DNA from: Candidatus Omnitrophota bacterium
GTDB lineage: Bacteria > Omnitrophota > Gorgyraeia > 2-01-FULL-45-10
Reading direction: 5' to 3'
DNA length: 64,000 nucleotides
Assembly: GCA_041648975.1 (NCBI GenBank)
Contig: JBAZNZ010000008.1
Coordinates: 5,110-69,109 of the forward strand
Shown here: one piece after another, positions 9,380-17,380 of the stretch
How positions within the stretch are numbered: position 1 is the first letter of the stretch
Layout of the letters: each line of letters begins with the position of its first letter
Translations under genes and position numbers: made by a program
Notes under the pieces: model-generated
Seen by the model: the letters and a program-made list of their open reading frames with translations, nothing else
Database searches by the model: none
What the model was told of the DNA's origin: nothing

Positions 9380-9936
9380 TTTGCTGAAAATCCGTAAAAA
9401 CCTATCTTTTTACCGAGGTCCCAGTATTCGCCCTGGTTGTAAACGAACGGTTGTATCCTGGCGTAATCGAAATGTCCGTCCATATCAATCGCCTCGGTAT
9501 CGGCATGGATGGCCAATACCTCGCCTATGAACATATCATGCGCGCCGAGTTTTACAATGTCCTTGACGACGCACTCGATGTTGACCGGGCACTCCTGTAT
9601 CATGGGCGAGCGCACCTTCGCGGACGCTACCCTGGTAAAGCCGAACTCTTTGAATTTATCAATTTCTTTCCCTGATCGAAGCCCGCATTGATCAACTTTG
9701 TCGATCAAGGACTTGGTAGGTATGTTCATTACAAAATCGCCCGTACTCTTGATCATTTTGTAAGAATGTCTGGAGGGTCGTATGGAAGCGGCCACGCTCG
9801 GCGGCTCTGAACATATTATGCCGCACCAGGCTATTGTTATTATGTTGGCTCTCTCGCAATCTTTTTCTATGCAGCTTATCAGGACAACAGGAATGGGGAA
9901 CAGGCCTGTGCCGGTAGGGATATCCGATTTTGGCAT
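9376..9936 (-). CDS. Flavin reductase-like FMN-binding domain protein
   Basis: PVVLISC...NIITIAW pattern of the flavin-reductase-like fold. Confidence 0.7.
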   Translation of the reverse strand: MPKSDIPTGTGLFPIPVVLISCIEKDCERANIITIAWCGIICSEPPSVAASIRPSRHSYKMIKSTGDFVMNIPTKSLIDKVDQCGLRSGKEIDKFKEFGFTRVASAKVRSPMIQECPVNIECVVKDIVKLGAHDMFIGEVLAIHADTEAIDMDGHFDYARIQPFVYNQGEYWDLGKKIGFYGFSAK

Positions 9937-9964
9937 TTTGCTCTTTATGACTATTTGATAGTTA

Positions 9965-10297
9965 CTACGCTGCTTCCTTAGGGCCTTCTTCCGGATTTTC
10001 CGCTTTTTTCAAAGTTGACTTAAAGCAACGTTTGGAACAGTAGAATTTTTCGTTCCTGTAGTACCACTGTTTATGTTTTATGGACTTGTTGCAGGCTGCG
10101 CAGTTCGCCGGCTTCTCTTTTTTAACTTCCGTTTTCTTCGGCGCCTCTGGGGTTTTGGCAGGCGCTTCTGCTGCTTTTGCTTGAGGTGCTTGCGGAGAAA
10201 CCTGCGGCTTCTCTGCTTTCGGCGTTTCCGTCTTCGGTGCCTCTGTCTTCATTTCCTCTTTCACTTTTATTTTTTCTTCTTTCTTCTCTTCAGCCAT
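9965..10297 (-). CDS. YHS/TRASH-type metal-binding domain protein with a Lys/Pro/Ala-rich N-terminus
   Basis: The C-terminus CAACNKSI...YYRNEKFYCSKRCF matches the CxxC...YYFCSxxC pattern of YHS/TRASH domains. The N-terminal 60 aa are low-complexity KEEKPAE repeats. Confidence 0.5.
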   Translation of the reverse strand: MAEEKKEEKIKVKEEMKTEAPKTETPKAEKPQVSPQAPQAKAAEAPAKTPEAPKKTEVKKEKPANCAACNKSIKHKQWYYRNEKFYCSKRCFKSTLKKAENPEEGPKEAA

Positions 10298-10326
10298 ATT
10301 TCACCGTTATTAGTTTGTCCTTTATT

Positions 10327-10677
10327 TTATTCTCCATCCAGGAGCCTGAGCCATTGCAAGTATATAAATTCCAGCAACCTGCTTCTATCGAGATTATCTA
10401 TCTTCTTAAATTTGACACCGGTCTCATAGAAGTTGCCGCGGTGATCGTTCTTTTGCCACGCAACTTCACAATTCGCAAAAATAGGGACATTGTCCCCGGG
10501 GACATCTACAGAAAGATTCAACTCCTCCCCTTCGCAAAGCTCTTTATCCACGAGGATGAGGGCGCCTTCCTTGGATATGTTCTTTACCTTATAGGAAGCC
10601 TTTCTTTTATCCTTAATGAATTCACACAGAGCGTTGAGCGCCGTTTCAAATCGTAAAAACCGTCTTCTCTCGGTCAC
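10327..10677 (-). CDS. PilZ domain protein, copy 4 of 5
   Basis: ERRRFLRFE followed by KNISKEGALI. Confidence 0.7.
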   Translation of the reverse strand: MTERRRFLRFETALNALCEFIKDKRKASYKVKNISKEGALILVDKELCEGEELNLSVDVPGDNVPIFANCEVAWQKNDHRGNFYETGVKFKKIDNLDRSRLLEFIYLQWLRLLDGE

Positions 10678-10751
10678 TTATACCTCGCTTTATTGTTTAT
10701 TATAGTATCTATCGGCTTGCTTAGCAATAGAAATGTTCTTTATATCGCTAT

Positions 10752-10790
10752 AAAAAATAAGGGGATAAAAATTTCTTTCTATCCCCTTAT
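10752..10790 (-). terminator. Rho-independent terminator downstream of the 10816..11148 gene
   Basis: Stem ataaggggat / atccccttat with a 14-nt loop, followed by a U-run on the minus strand. Confidence 0.5.
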
Positions 10791-10815
10791 TTACCATCCT
10801 ATTAACGGATAGTTG

Positions 10816-11148
10816 TTATTTGCTCTTGAACACAAATTCTGGCTCAATAACCGGCGTATAGCCTTCCGGAATCGGGAACGGGAATGTGACTGTCTCGTAC
10901 ACTCCTGCTCCTGTCCTGACGATGGTCATCCCAACGCCTTTCGCTAGACCGATTGTGATACCAGAGAGAGGATTGTCTTCTACGCTGGTGTCGTATATGT
11001 TTTTAGGAAGCTCGATCCACCCTGTGACTATATTCGCGAGTCCCCTGTAGATCTTCTTACCGGGATCTTGCGCATAGCTTGATGTCGCTATATTCAGAAT
11101 CATAAATATAGCTACACATATTATTATACCCTTTAATAGATTTTTCAT
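10816..11148 (-). CDS. Small secreted protein, possibly exosortase-system-associated TIGR04073 family
   Basis: Signal peptide, then RGLANIVTGWIELPKNIY. This resembles the RGxxNxxTGWxExP signature recalled for TIGR04073. Length 110 aa. The family call is from memory. Confidence 0.4.
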   Translation of the reverse strand: MKNLLKGIIICVAIFMILNIATSSYAQDPGKKIYRGLANIVTGWIELPKNIYDTSVEDNPLSGITIGLAKGVGMTIVRTGAGVYETVTFPFPIPEGYTPVIEPEFVFKSK

Positions 11149-11226
11149 TTTATAAATTCACCCCCCTTCATTCTGTAATTTGTTCAAAGTATAACACATG
11201 AAAGCAGGTTTGTCAAGGCTTGAAGG

Positions 11227-11595
11227 CTATTTCCGCCTCTGGTTCTTCAGGATCTCTTCGACTATCTCGGTTATCTTTTCCCTGTCTTCAGGCCGGATAT
11301 CGATAAATTCAACGCCTGTGTCATACAGATATGAGCCTTTCTTTGAGGAAGACTTTTTTACCACCCACACTACGGTCCCTCCGCACTTTATCGGCGGATG
11401 GCTTTCGTCGAGGAACAATTCAAGGTCAACGCCCTGGAATAATCCAAGGTCTTCCTTGACGATTACGCATATTCCGCCTGCCCCTATGTTCTCGGTCTGT
11501 GTCGAGAGCGTCTTTGAGGTCAGCCTCTTCTTAATAGTGATCAGGCATTTATAGTTTGCTCTCGGAAATTTTCTTCTATTTATTCCGTCCCACAT
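11227..11595 (-). CDS. PilZ domain protein, copy 5 of 5
   Basis: NRRKFPRANY followed by ENIGAGGICV. Confidence 0.7.
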   Translation of the reverse strand: MWDGINRRKFPRANYKCLITIKKRLTSKTLSTQTENIGAGGICVIVKEDLGLFQGVDLELFLDESHPPIKCGGTVVWVVKKSSSKKGSYLYDTGVEFIDIRPEDREKITEIVEEILKNQRRK

Positions 11596-11686
11596 ATTTA
11601 TTCTCCTTACTAGCGCACCTGGTAACCGCTGTGAGCAAAGTATATCATAGTAAGCGCGGAAAATGCAAGAAAAAATTAACTTTTAT

Positions 11687-11715
11687 TTGCAAGACCGCGT
11701 ATATGCGTGTATAAT
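11687..11715 (+). promoter_or_regulatory. Near-consensus sigma70 promoter for the exeA-like operon
   Basis: TTGCAA (11687-11692), a 17-nt spacer, then TATAAT (11710-11715). An AAAGG ribosome-binding site lies 6 nt before the ATG at 11745. Confidence 0.55.
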
Positions 11716-11744
11716 TATTGTATAAAATAACACAAAAGGTATTA

Positions 11745-12560
11745 ATGTATAAAGAATTCTTTGGACTGAAAGAAAAGCCTTTTAATGTAACCAGCGACCC
11801 GAATTTTCTATTTTTGAGCCGTGTCCACAAGGAGGCCTTTTCGCATCTTCTTTACGGGATAAAAGAACGAAAAGGGTTCCTTGAGATCACCGGAGAGGTA
11901 GGCGCGGGCAAGACGACTCTATGCCGAGCCCTCTTAAGTCAGCTTGACAGGAACACTAAGAGCGCGTTCGTTTTCAACTCCACCCTTCCCGAACTTCAGC
12001 TGTTGAGATGTATCCTTGAGGATTTTGGTATATTCGTCGAAAGGAACAACAAGGTATCTTTACTGCGGCAGCTGAATAACTTCCTGATAGCCGAGCTCTC
12101 AAAGGGAAATAACGTCATACTCATAATCGACGAGGCGCAGAATCTGAAGACTTCCGTGTTGGAAGAGATCCGAATGCTCTCAAACCTCGAGACCGACAAG
12201 GAAAAGCTATTCCAGATAATACTTGTAGGCCAGCCTGAACTGCAAAATAAGATAAATTCGCCGAGGCTTACGCAATTGAAACAGCGGATAGCGGTCAGGT
12301 TCCACATAACGGCGCTTGAAAAAGATGAAGTGAGCGAATATATATATCATAGGCTGTCTGTCGCAGGCTCCAATGGACAGATACGCTTCCCCGAAGACGC
12401 GCTGGATAGGATCTTCGGTTTTTCGGGAGGGATACCGCGCCTCATCAATATGGTATGCGATAAATCTCTCTTGGCGGCCTATGCGATGGAGGCCAGGGAT
12501 ATATCCCTACCTATAGTCGACCGCAGCATACAAGAATTAGAAGGAGTGATAAAGAGATGA
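11745..12560 (+). CDS. ExeA/GspA-like AAA ATPase (secretion ATPase of the MshM / TIGR03015 type)
   Basis: Begins MYKEFFGLKEKPF and has a Walker A (GEVGAGKTT) and a Walker B (IIDEAQNL). The start is the internal ATG. The stop overlaps the next ATG as ATGA. Confidence 0.8.
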   Translation: MYKEFFGLKEKPFNVTSDPNFLFLSRVHKEAFSHLLYGIKERKGFLEITGEVGAGKTTLCRALLSQLDRNTKSAFVFNSTLPELQLLRCILEDFGIFVERNNKVSLLRQLNNFLIAELSKGNNVILIIDEAQNLKTSVLEEIRMLSNLETDKEKLFQIILVGQPELQNKINSPRLTQLKQRIAVRFHITALEKDEVSEYIYHRLSVAGSNGQIRFPEDALDRIFGFSGGIPRLINMVCDKSLLAAYAMEARDISLPIVDRSIQELEGVIKR

Positions 12561-13120
12561 GCATAATACAGGATGCCTTAAAAAAAGTCGAGAATAAGAC
12601 GTCAATGGTGAAAACCGTCCAACCGGCTAAGCTGACGGATCCGGTAAGGAATGAATTTAAAACAGCGCCGGTTTTTCAAGAAACCGGGAAACCCTATATT
12701 CAAAAGGGCAAATCCCCGGGCAGGGGCAAGTCCATGCACACGTTTTTCCTGATAGCGGCGTTTGTATTGTTGATCGGCGCCTCACTTGCGCAGTTTCCGT
12801 GGGAAGCGCGCGAAAAAGGTGTCGCCTCTCCGGGCATTGAACTCATTGCCGAACCGTTCAGTAAGGTGGACTTGCCCCCCATATCTAAGACATACAATAA
12901 GACGCAGAGCATACCGACATTCCTCCACAATGAAGCAGGCCGGCTTCCGGGTTTTGTGCTTAACGGCATAATGGAGTTGACCGATGGCCCCAAGGCGGTA
13001 ATTAACAACCTGATCGTCGCCGTAGGTGATACTGTAGACGGAGCGGTGGTATCGAAGATAGATAGGAAGAACGTGGTGCTCAAAGTCAGCGACTCAGAGA
13101 TAAATCTGGATATGAAGTAA
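12557..13120 (+). CDS. GspB/ExeB-like membrane partner protein
   Basis: Translationally coupled to the ATPase. It has a cytoplasmic N-terminus, one TM helix (FFLIAAFVLLIGASLA) and a periplasmic beta-rich C-terminus (LNGIMELTDGPKAVINNLIVAVGDTVDG). Confidence 0.45.
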   Translation: MSIIQDALKKVENKTSMVKTVQPAKLTDPVRNEFKTAPVFQETGKPYIQKGKSPGRGKSMHTFFLIAAFVLLIGASLAQFPWEAREKGVASPGIELIAEPFSKVDLPPISKTYNKTQSIPTFLHNEAGRLPGFVLNGIMELTDGPKAVINNLIVAVGDTVDGAVVSKIDRKNVVLKVSDSEINLDMK

Positions 13121-13128
13121 GGACGGGC

Positions 13129-13536
13129 TCAAACTTTCGCCCGGCATGCCTCGTGGATGTTCCTGATCTCGGCTGGTACCCTTACCGGCCTGGAGGATTT
13201 GTTCGTGAAGACGTGAACGGAATCACCGGCAGCTATCATCTTTTCCCCGACGAATAATTTATACTCGAATTTCATGCTGGAATTATTCATCTCTGAGACG
13301 CCTGACTGTATTGTGACTACATCGTCGTATTTTGCGCTCGCCTTGTATCTGCACCTGGCCTCCGCTACCATCATGAATATGCCTTGATCTTCCAGCTTAC
13401 TATACGATATGCCTAGCGAGCGCAGGTATTCGGTCCTCGCTATCTCGAACCACACGAAATAGTTCGCGTAGTATACGACCCCCATATTATCAGTTTCCTG
13501 GTATCTGACCCGGACCTGAGTTTCAAAGGATTTCAT
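13129..13536 (-). CDS. Acyl-CoA thioesterase, YbgC/4HBT hotdog family
   Basis: VRYQETDNMGVVYYANYFVWFEIAR. Confidence 0.8.
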   Translation of the reverse strand: MKSFETQVRVRYQETDNMGVVYYANYFVWFEIARTEYLRSLGISYSKLEDQGIFMMVAEARCRYKASAKYDDVVTIQSGVSEMNNSSMKFEYKLFVGEKMIAAGDSVHVFTNKSSRPVRVPAEIRNIHEACRAKV

Positions 13537-13539
13537 ATA

Positions 13540-14001
13540 TTATAATGACAACTCCAATTTGTGGATCCTGAATCCGCCGACTTCCAGCTTCTCTGTTTCT
13601 TTGAACCCCTTCTTTAAACAGAGCTTCATTGCGTCCGCCATCCTGTCCGTGCACCTGAAATAGATGCTCTTATATCCGTTCTGCCTGCAAAAATCTATCG
13701 CGCTGGATAGAAGCTGGGTGCCATAACCGAGTTTCCTGCGTTTCGGGTCTACGAACAGCCTCCGGAGGAGCGCTTCGTCTTTGGACTCCTGTTTTATACC
13801 CACAGTACCTACGACTTCTCCGCCGTCGTCGATGACGAAGAAGGAATCTCTCTCGCCGCCGTACGTCTCCCCTATCCTCTCCAGGTCGCTGTCAGAATAA
13901 GCAGATTTATCAAATGGATATTCTTTAGCCAGGATCGTCAGTATCAGGTCTTTGACGCCCTTAGCGTCCTCTTTCGTGAACTGCCTTAAAAGATGTGGCA
14001 T
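13540..14001 (-). CDS. GNAT family N-acetyltransferase
   Basis: RRLFVDPKRRKLGYGTQLL acetyl-CoA-binding motif. Confidence 0.75.
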   Translation of the reverse strand: MPHLLRQFTKEDAKGVKDLILTILAKEYPFDKSAYSDSDLERIGETYGGERDSFFVIDDGGEVVGTVGIKQESKDEALLRRLFVDPKRRKLGYGTQLLSSAIDFCRQNGYKSIYFRCTDRMADAMKLCLKKGFKETEKLEVGGFRIHKLELSL

Positions 14002-14063
14002 ATTATGTCTCCTGTCTTTTTATGGTATAGGAAAGTATAAAACTTTCCTAAACCACTGAAACT

Positions 14064-14498
14064 TCATAAGGAAAGTTCTGAATCCGCCTTCGGCGGGATG
14101 AAGTTTCTTGTGATATTAACGAGAATGCCTCTCTGCCGGGGCCCGTCGAATTCGCAAAAGAAGATACCCTGCCAGGTTCCGAGCTTAAGCTTGCCGTCTT
14201 CGACAAAGACGGTCTTATCGGTCCCGACTATAGTAGATTTGATATGCGCTGCGGAATTGCCTTCGGAGTGCTCGTAGTTGCCGTCGAGAGGCGCCGCTTT
14301 TTCCAGGCCGCTTAGTATGTCGCGTTTTACGCTGGGGTCGGCGTTCTCATTAATGGTAAGGCCCGCTGTAGTGTGAGGGACAAATATCTGGCACGTGCCG
14401 CTATTTGTCTTCGATCTCTTGAGAGCAGCCTCCACCACGGGTGTTATGTCGATCATTTCCGTCCTCATCTTTGTGGTGATAGGTATATTGATGATCAT
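14064..14498 (-). CDS. YjbQ/UPF0047 family protein (secondary thiamine-phosphate synthase-like)
   Basis: HTTAGLTINENADP...NSAAHIKSTIVG. The alternative start is at 14468. Confidence 0.8.
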   Translation of the reverse strand: MIINIPITTKMRTEMIDITPVVEAALKRSKTNSGTCQIFVPHTTAGLTINENADPSVKRDILSGLEKAAPLDGNYEHSEGNSAAHIKSTIVGTDKTVFVEDGKLKLGTWQGIFFCEFDGPRQRGILVNITRNFIPPKADSELSL

Positions 14499-15592
14499 CT
14501 GTCCGAAAACATGGATTCTACCGCTTCTTTGATTGCCCTGTAGGGCACATTATCTACGGCTACGGCCCTGCCTATCTTTACCGGCAGGACGAACCTGTTG
14601 CGAGCGCCTGAAAATTTTTTGTCATGCAGCTGGGACTCATATATATCGGAAAACCTCAGACCCTTCACGGTTGTCGGCAAGCCGCAAGCCTTAATGAGAC
14701 GCTCGATGCGCATTACGCTTTCAGGGTCTATCTTTCCAAGTCTCATGGATATTCTTGAGGCCGCTATCATGCCGAGACCTACGGCTTCGCCGTGGTTGTA
14801 TCTGCCCGAGTACCGAGATGCTGCCTCTATCGCATGCCCTATCGTGTGACCGTAGTTAAGGAGCGCGCGGGAGCCTTTCCTATCGAACTCGTCTTCTTCC
14901 ACTATGCGCGCCTTGATCAGGCTTGAGCGCGAAATTATACGTTCAAGCGCTGCCCTTTCTCCGCGGAGTATTTTACCGTGGGAAGATTCTATGAAGCGAA
15001 AGAGCCCTCCGTCTTTGATCACTCCGTATTTTATTACCTCTGCCAGTCCGTTCCTGATCTGCCGCCTTGAAAGCGACCTCAATAAAGAGATATCAGAGAG
15101 GACTATCTTAGGCTGATAAAACGCTCCGACGAGATTTTTCGCGACGCTCAAGTCCACAGCCGTTTTTCCGCCGATTGCGGAATCGACCTGCGCTAATAAC
15201 GTTGTCGGAATCTGGACGAAAGGCACTCCCCGCTTATATACAGCCGCGACGAATCCGGCCAGGTCCCCTATTACACCTCCGCCGAAAGCTATTATCGATA
15301 TCTCTTTACGTCTGTCGTAAGAGGCGATCCTGGCAATGAGATCCACTGCTACGCTGGCATCCTTAGCCCGTTCAGAGTCAGGTACCGTCTCGAGTCTTAC
15401 TGTAAACGCTTTGTTCACAAGCGATCGCTTAAGTTTCCGCCCATGCAGGTTAAGGAGTTTTCTGTTGGATATTATTACAACGTCTTTCCCTATGCCCTTC
15501 AGATCCAATAAAGCGCCGGACCGGCCGATCAAATTCCAGCCTATAATAATATCGTAAGATCTATCTTTCAGGCTGACGCTTACCCTGCGCAC
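14495..15592 (-). CDS. aroB: 3-dehydroquinate synthase
   Basis: GGGVIGDLAGFVAA glycine-rich loop and DHQS metal ligands. Length 365 aa. Confidence 0.9.
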   Translation of the reverse strand: MRRVSVSLKDRSYDIIIGWNLIGRSGALLDLKGIGKDVVIISNRKLLNLHGRKLKRSLVNKAFTVRLETVPDSERAKDASVAVDLIARIASYDRRKEISIIAFGGGVIGDLAGFVAAVYKRGVPFVQIPTTLLAQVDSAIGGKTAVDLSVAKNLVGAFYQPKIVLSDISLLRSLSRRQIRNGLAEVIKYGVIKDGGLFRFIESSHGKILRGERAALERIISRSSLIKARIVEEDEFDRKGSRALLNYGHTIGHAIEAASRYSGRYNHGEAVGLGMIAASRISMRLGKIDPESVMRIERLIKACGLPTTVKGLRFSDIYESQLHDKKFSGARNRFVLPVKIGRAVAVDNVPYRAIKEAVESMFSDR

Positions 15593-15897
15593 TATTTCTT
15601 CTCTCCTGTCCCGGCTTTCCCGGTGTCCTTTGCTACCGCACCCTTGGCTGGAGCAGCTGTCTTTGCGGCTCCTGCTGCCGGCGCTGCGGTTCCTTCTGCG
15701 CCTTCTGTTTCAGCGGCGGCTGCCTTCTCTTTCTTTATCTTAAATTTCACTACTTTGACTTTTTGCAGTCCAAACACAGAATCCTTATCTTTCCAATCTT
15801 CTTTCTCTTTTAGTATCTTGATACGCTCATAACGTTTCAAGACGGACCTGTGCTGCCTATCCTTTCCCTCACCATGCAGACTTGGATGTTGCGACAT
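15592..15897 (-). CDS. Small basic protein with a Lys/Ala-rich histone-H1-like tail
   Basis: The N-terminal 50 aa are structured. The C-terminal 50 aa are AKTAAPAKGAVAK repeats. The stop overlaps the aroB start by 1 nt. Confidence 0.4.
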   Translation of the reverse strand: MSQHPSLHGEGKDRQHRSVLKRYERIKILKEKEDWKDKDSVFGLQKVKVVKFKIKKEKAAAAETEGAEGTAAPAAGAAKTAAPAKGAVAKDTGKAGTGEKK

Positions 15898-15997
15898 TGT
15901 TTACCCCCGATTTGCTGTAGTCTCACTCGTGCAAATCGTCCCGAGGAGTTTCCATCTCACTTCGGTGACGAGGGACTACATTTATGAAATTTACTGC

Positions 15998-16627
15998 CTA
16001 TAGTTGCTTTAAATACGCGTCCTTGAATTGACGCCTTACTTTGATCAGGTCCTGTTTTGCCTGGACGCTGATTGCCGACTGGTATGATCCCGTCCGCACT
16101 TGAAAATATTTTCCCGAGGGGACTATATATGCGCTGATCCCCTCTTTTCTTAAACGCTCCACTTCCTGCATCGCCGTATCGCGCCTCGTCAGCGTAACCG
16201 CTATTATGGTGTATGGTTTCACGACAGCTTGTGCCTTTGGCTGCCTTGCCGCGGCATTGACCGCAAGGCTCTTTCTGCCGGCGGCAGTGCTTAGGTTTTG
16301 CGGCGGCGGAACAGATGTTGAACCTCGCGTTAATTTCACGGTGCGCACATGCGGTTCCGCAACGGACACGGCTGCTTTTGCCCTACATTCTGAATAGGCC
16401 GCGGTTTTAGGACCCTTTATCGATTTACCGGCCTCGACCCCCAGCGCATAGACCACGACCATTGCCATGATAATGCCTATGGCAATAAACACGGTCTTTT
16501 CTAGTGTGAGGGTAAATACAAATTTCCTCTCAAGATCGGTTTTTTGGAATATTCGGCCAAACCCCGGAAACGACCTTTTAGGCTTATCTAACTCAAAAAA
16601 CTCTTTTTGCTGATTATCTTCTTCCAT
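15998..16627 (-). CDS. SPOR domain protein, a membrane-anchored peptidoglycan-binding cell-division factor
   Basis: One TM helix. The C-terminus (YTIIAVTLTRRDTAMQEVERLRKEGISAYIVPSGKYFQVRTGSY) fits the SPOR fold. Confidence 0.65.
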   Translation of the reverse strand: MEEDNQQKEFFELDKPKRSFPGFGRIFQKTDLERKFVFTLTLEKTVFIAIGIIMAMVVVYALGVEAGKSIKGPKTAAYSECRAKAAVSVAEPHVRTVKLTRGSTSVPPPQNLSTAAGRKSLAVNAAARQPKAQAVVKPYTIIAVTLTRRDTAMQEVERLRKEGISAYIVPSGKYFQVRTGSYQSAISVQAKQDLIKVRRQFKDAYLKQL

Positions 16628-16678
16628 AATAAATTATCTTATTATAACATATATGCATCATTAAATCAATTCTGTCCT

Positions 16679-17374
16679 CTACCTGGAGATCGTATTAATA
16701 TTAAGCCTGAATAATTTACTTGAGATGTTTATTGACGGGGATTTGTAGTCGCCCGACAGTCTAACGGCAAGACTTTTCCAGCCGTCCTTTTCATCGGTCA
16801 GCAGGGCGCCGGTTAATTCCCGGGGTATCTTCTCGAGCGGCTTTCCTCCAAAGAACACCTTTATGTCAATATTGATCGCATTGTCATAATCAACACTCCC
16901 CGAAACTTCGAATTTTATCTCGTCGCTCGTTGCGGAAAAATTCTCTATATCGACACCGTCTTTGCGCGACCGGACTTTACCGCTTATCTCCTGATATGAC
17001 CATCGGCTATCGAATGGAATAGCTATCAGGCCCTCCAGGCTGTCGAACGACGCAAGTTTTCCGGGTGATCGGTTTGTAAAATTAACGTCTTTTAAACGGA
17101 AGATTGCTCCTCCGCCTTTAGCAGGGAATCCGCGCCACAACGGCGTTATCCTAGCGTCTTTTGAGGATATTCCTATGCCTGTCTTCCTGTCGGCGGCGTT
17201 AAGGCTGCCGAATGCGAACTTGCCTGATGAGACGCTTAAGGACGTATATGAAATGTCCAAATTATTAGCTTTTGAGAATATGTAGACGGCCAATGGACCG
17301 AAAAATATATAGACTGTTATAGCTATCGTAACCATTATAGCGGCAAAACAGACAGCTCTATTTAGTATACACAT
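16679..17374 (-). CDS. Hypothetical membrane protein
   Basis: N-terminal TM helix. No recognised domain. Confidence 0.4.
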   Translation of the reverse strand: MCILNRAVCFAAIMVTIAITVYIFFGPLAVYIFSKANNLDISYTSLSVSSGKFAFGSLNAADRKTGIGISSKDARITPLWRGFPAKGGGAIFRLKDVNFTNRSPGKLASFDSLEGLIAIPFDSRWSYQEISGKVRSRKDGVDIENFSATSDEIKFEVSGSVDYDNAINIDIKVFFGGKPLEKIPRELTGALLTDEKDGWKSLAVRLSGDYKSPSINISSKLFRLNINTISR

Positions 17375-17380
17375 AGCACT

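Noticed and set aside
11718-11744. TTG-initiated 9-codon extension of the ExeA-like ORF.
   Set aside because: The -10 element of the promoter ends at 11715 and the AAAGG ribosome-binding site precedes the ATG at 11745. Family members begin MY.EFFGL. The extension would precede the transcription start.
14468-14498. Alternative shorter start for the YjbQ-family gene.
   Set aside because: Neither start is excluded. The longer form overlaps aroB by 4 nt, which is common, so the track coordinates were kept and the alternative noted.
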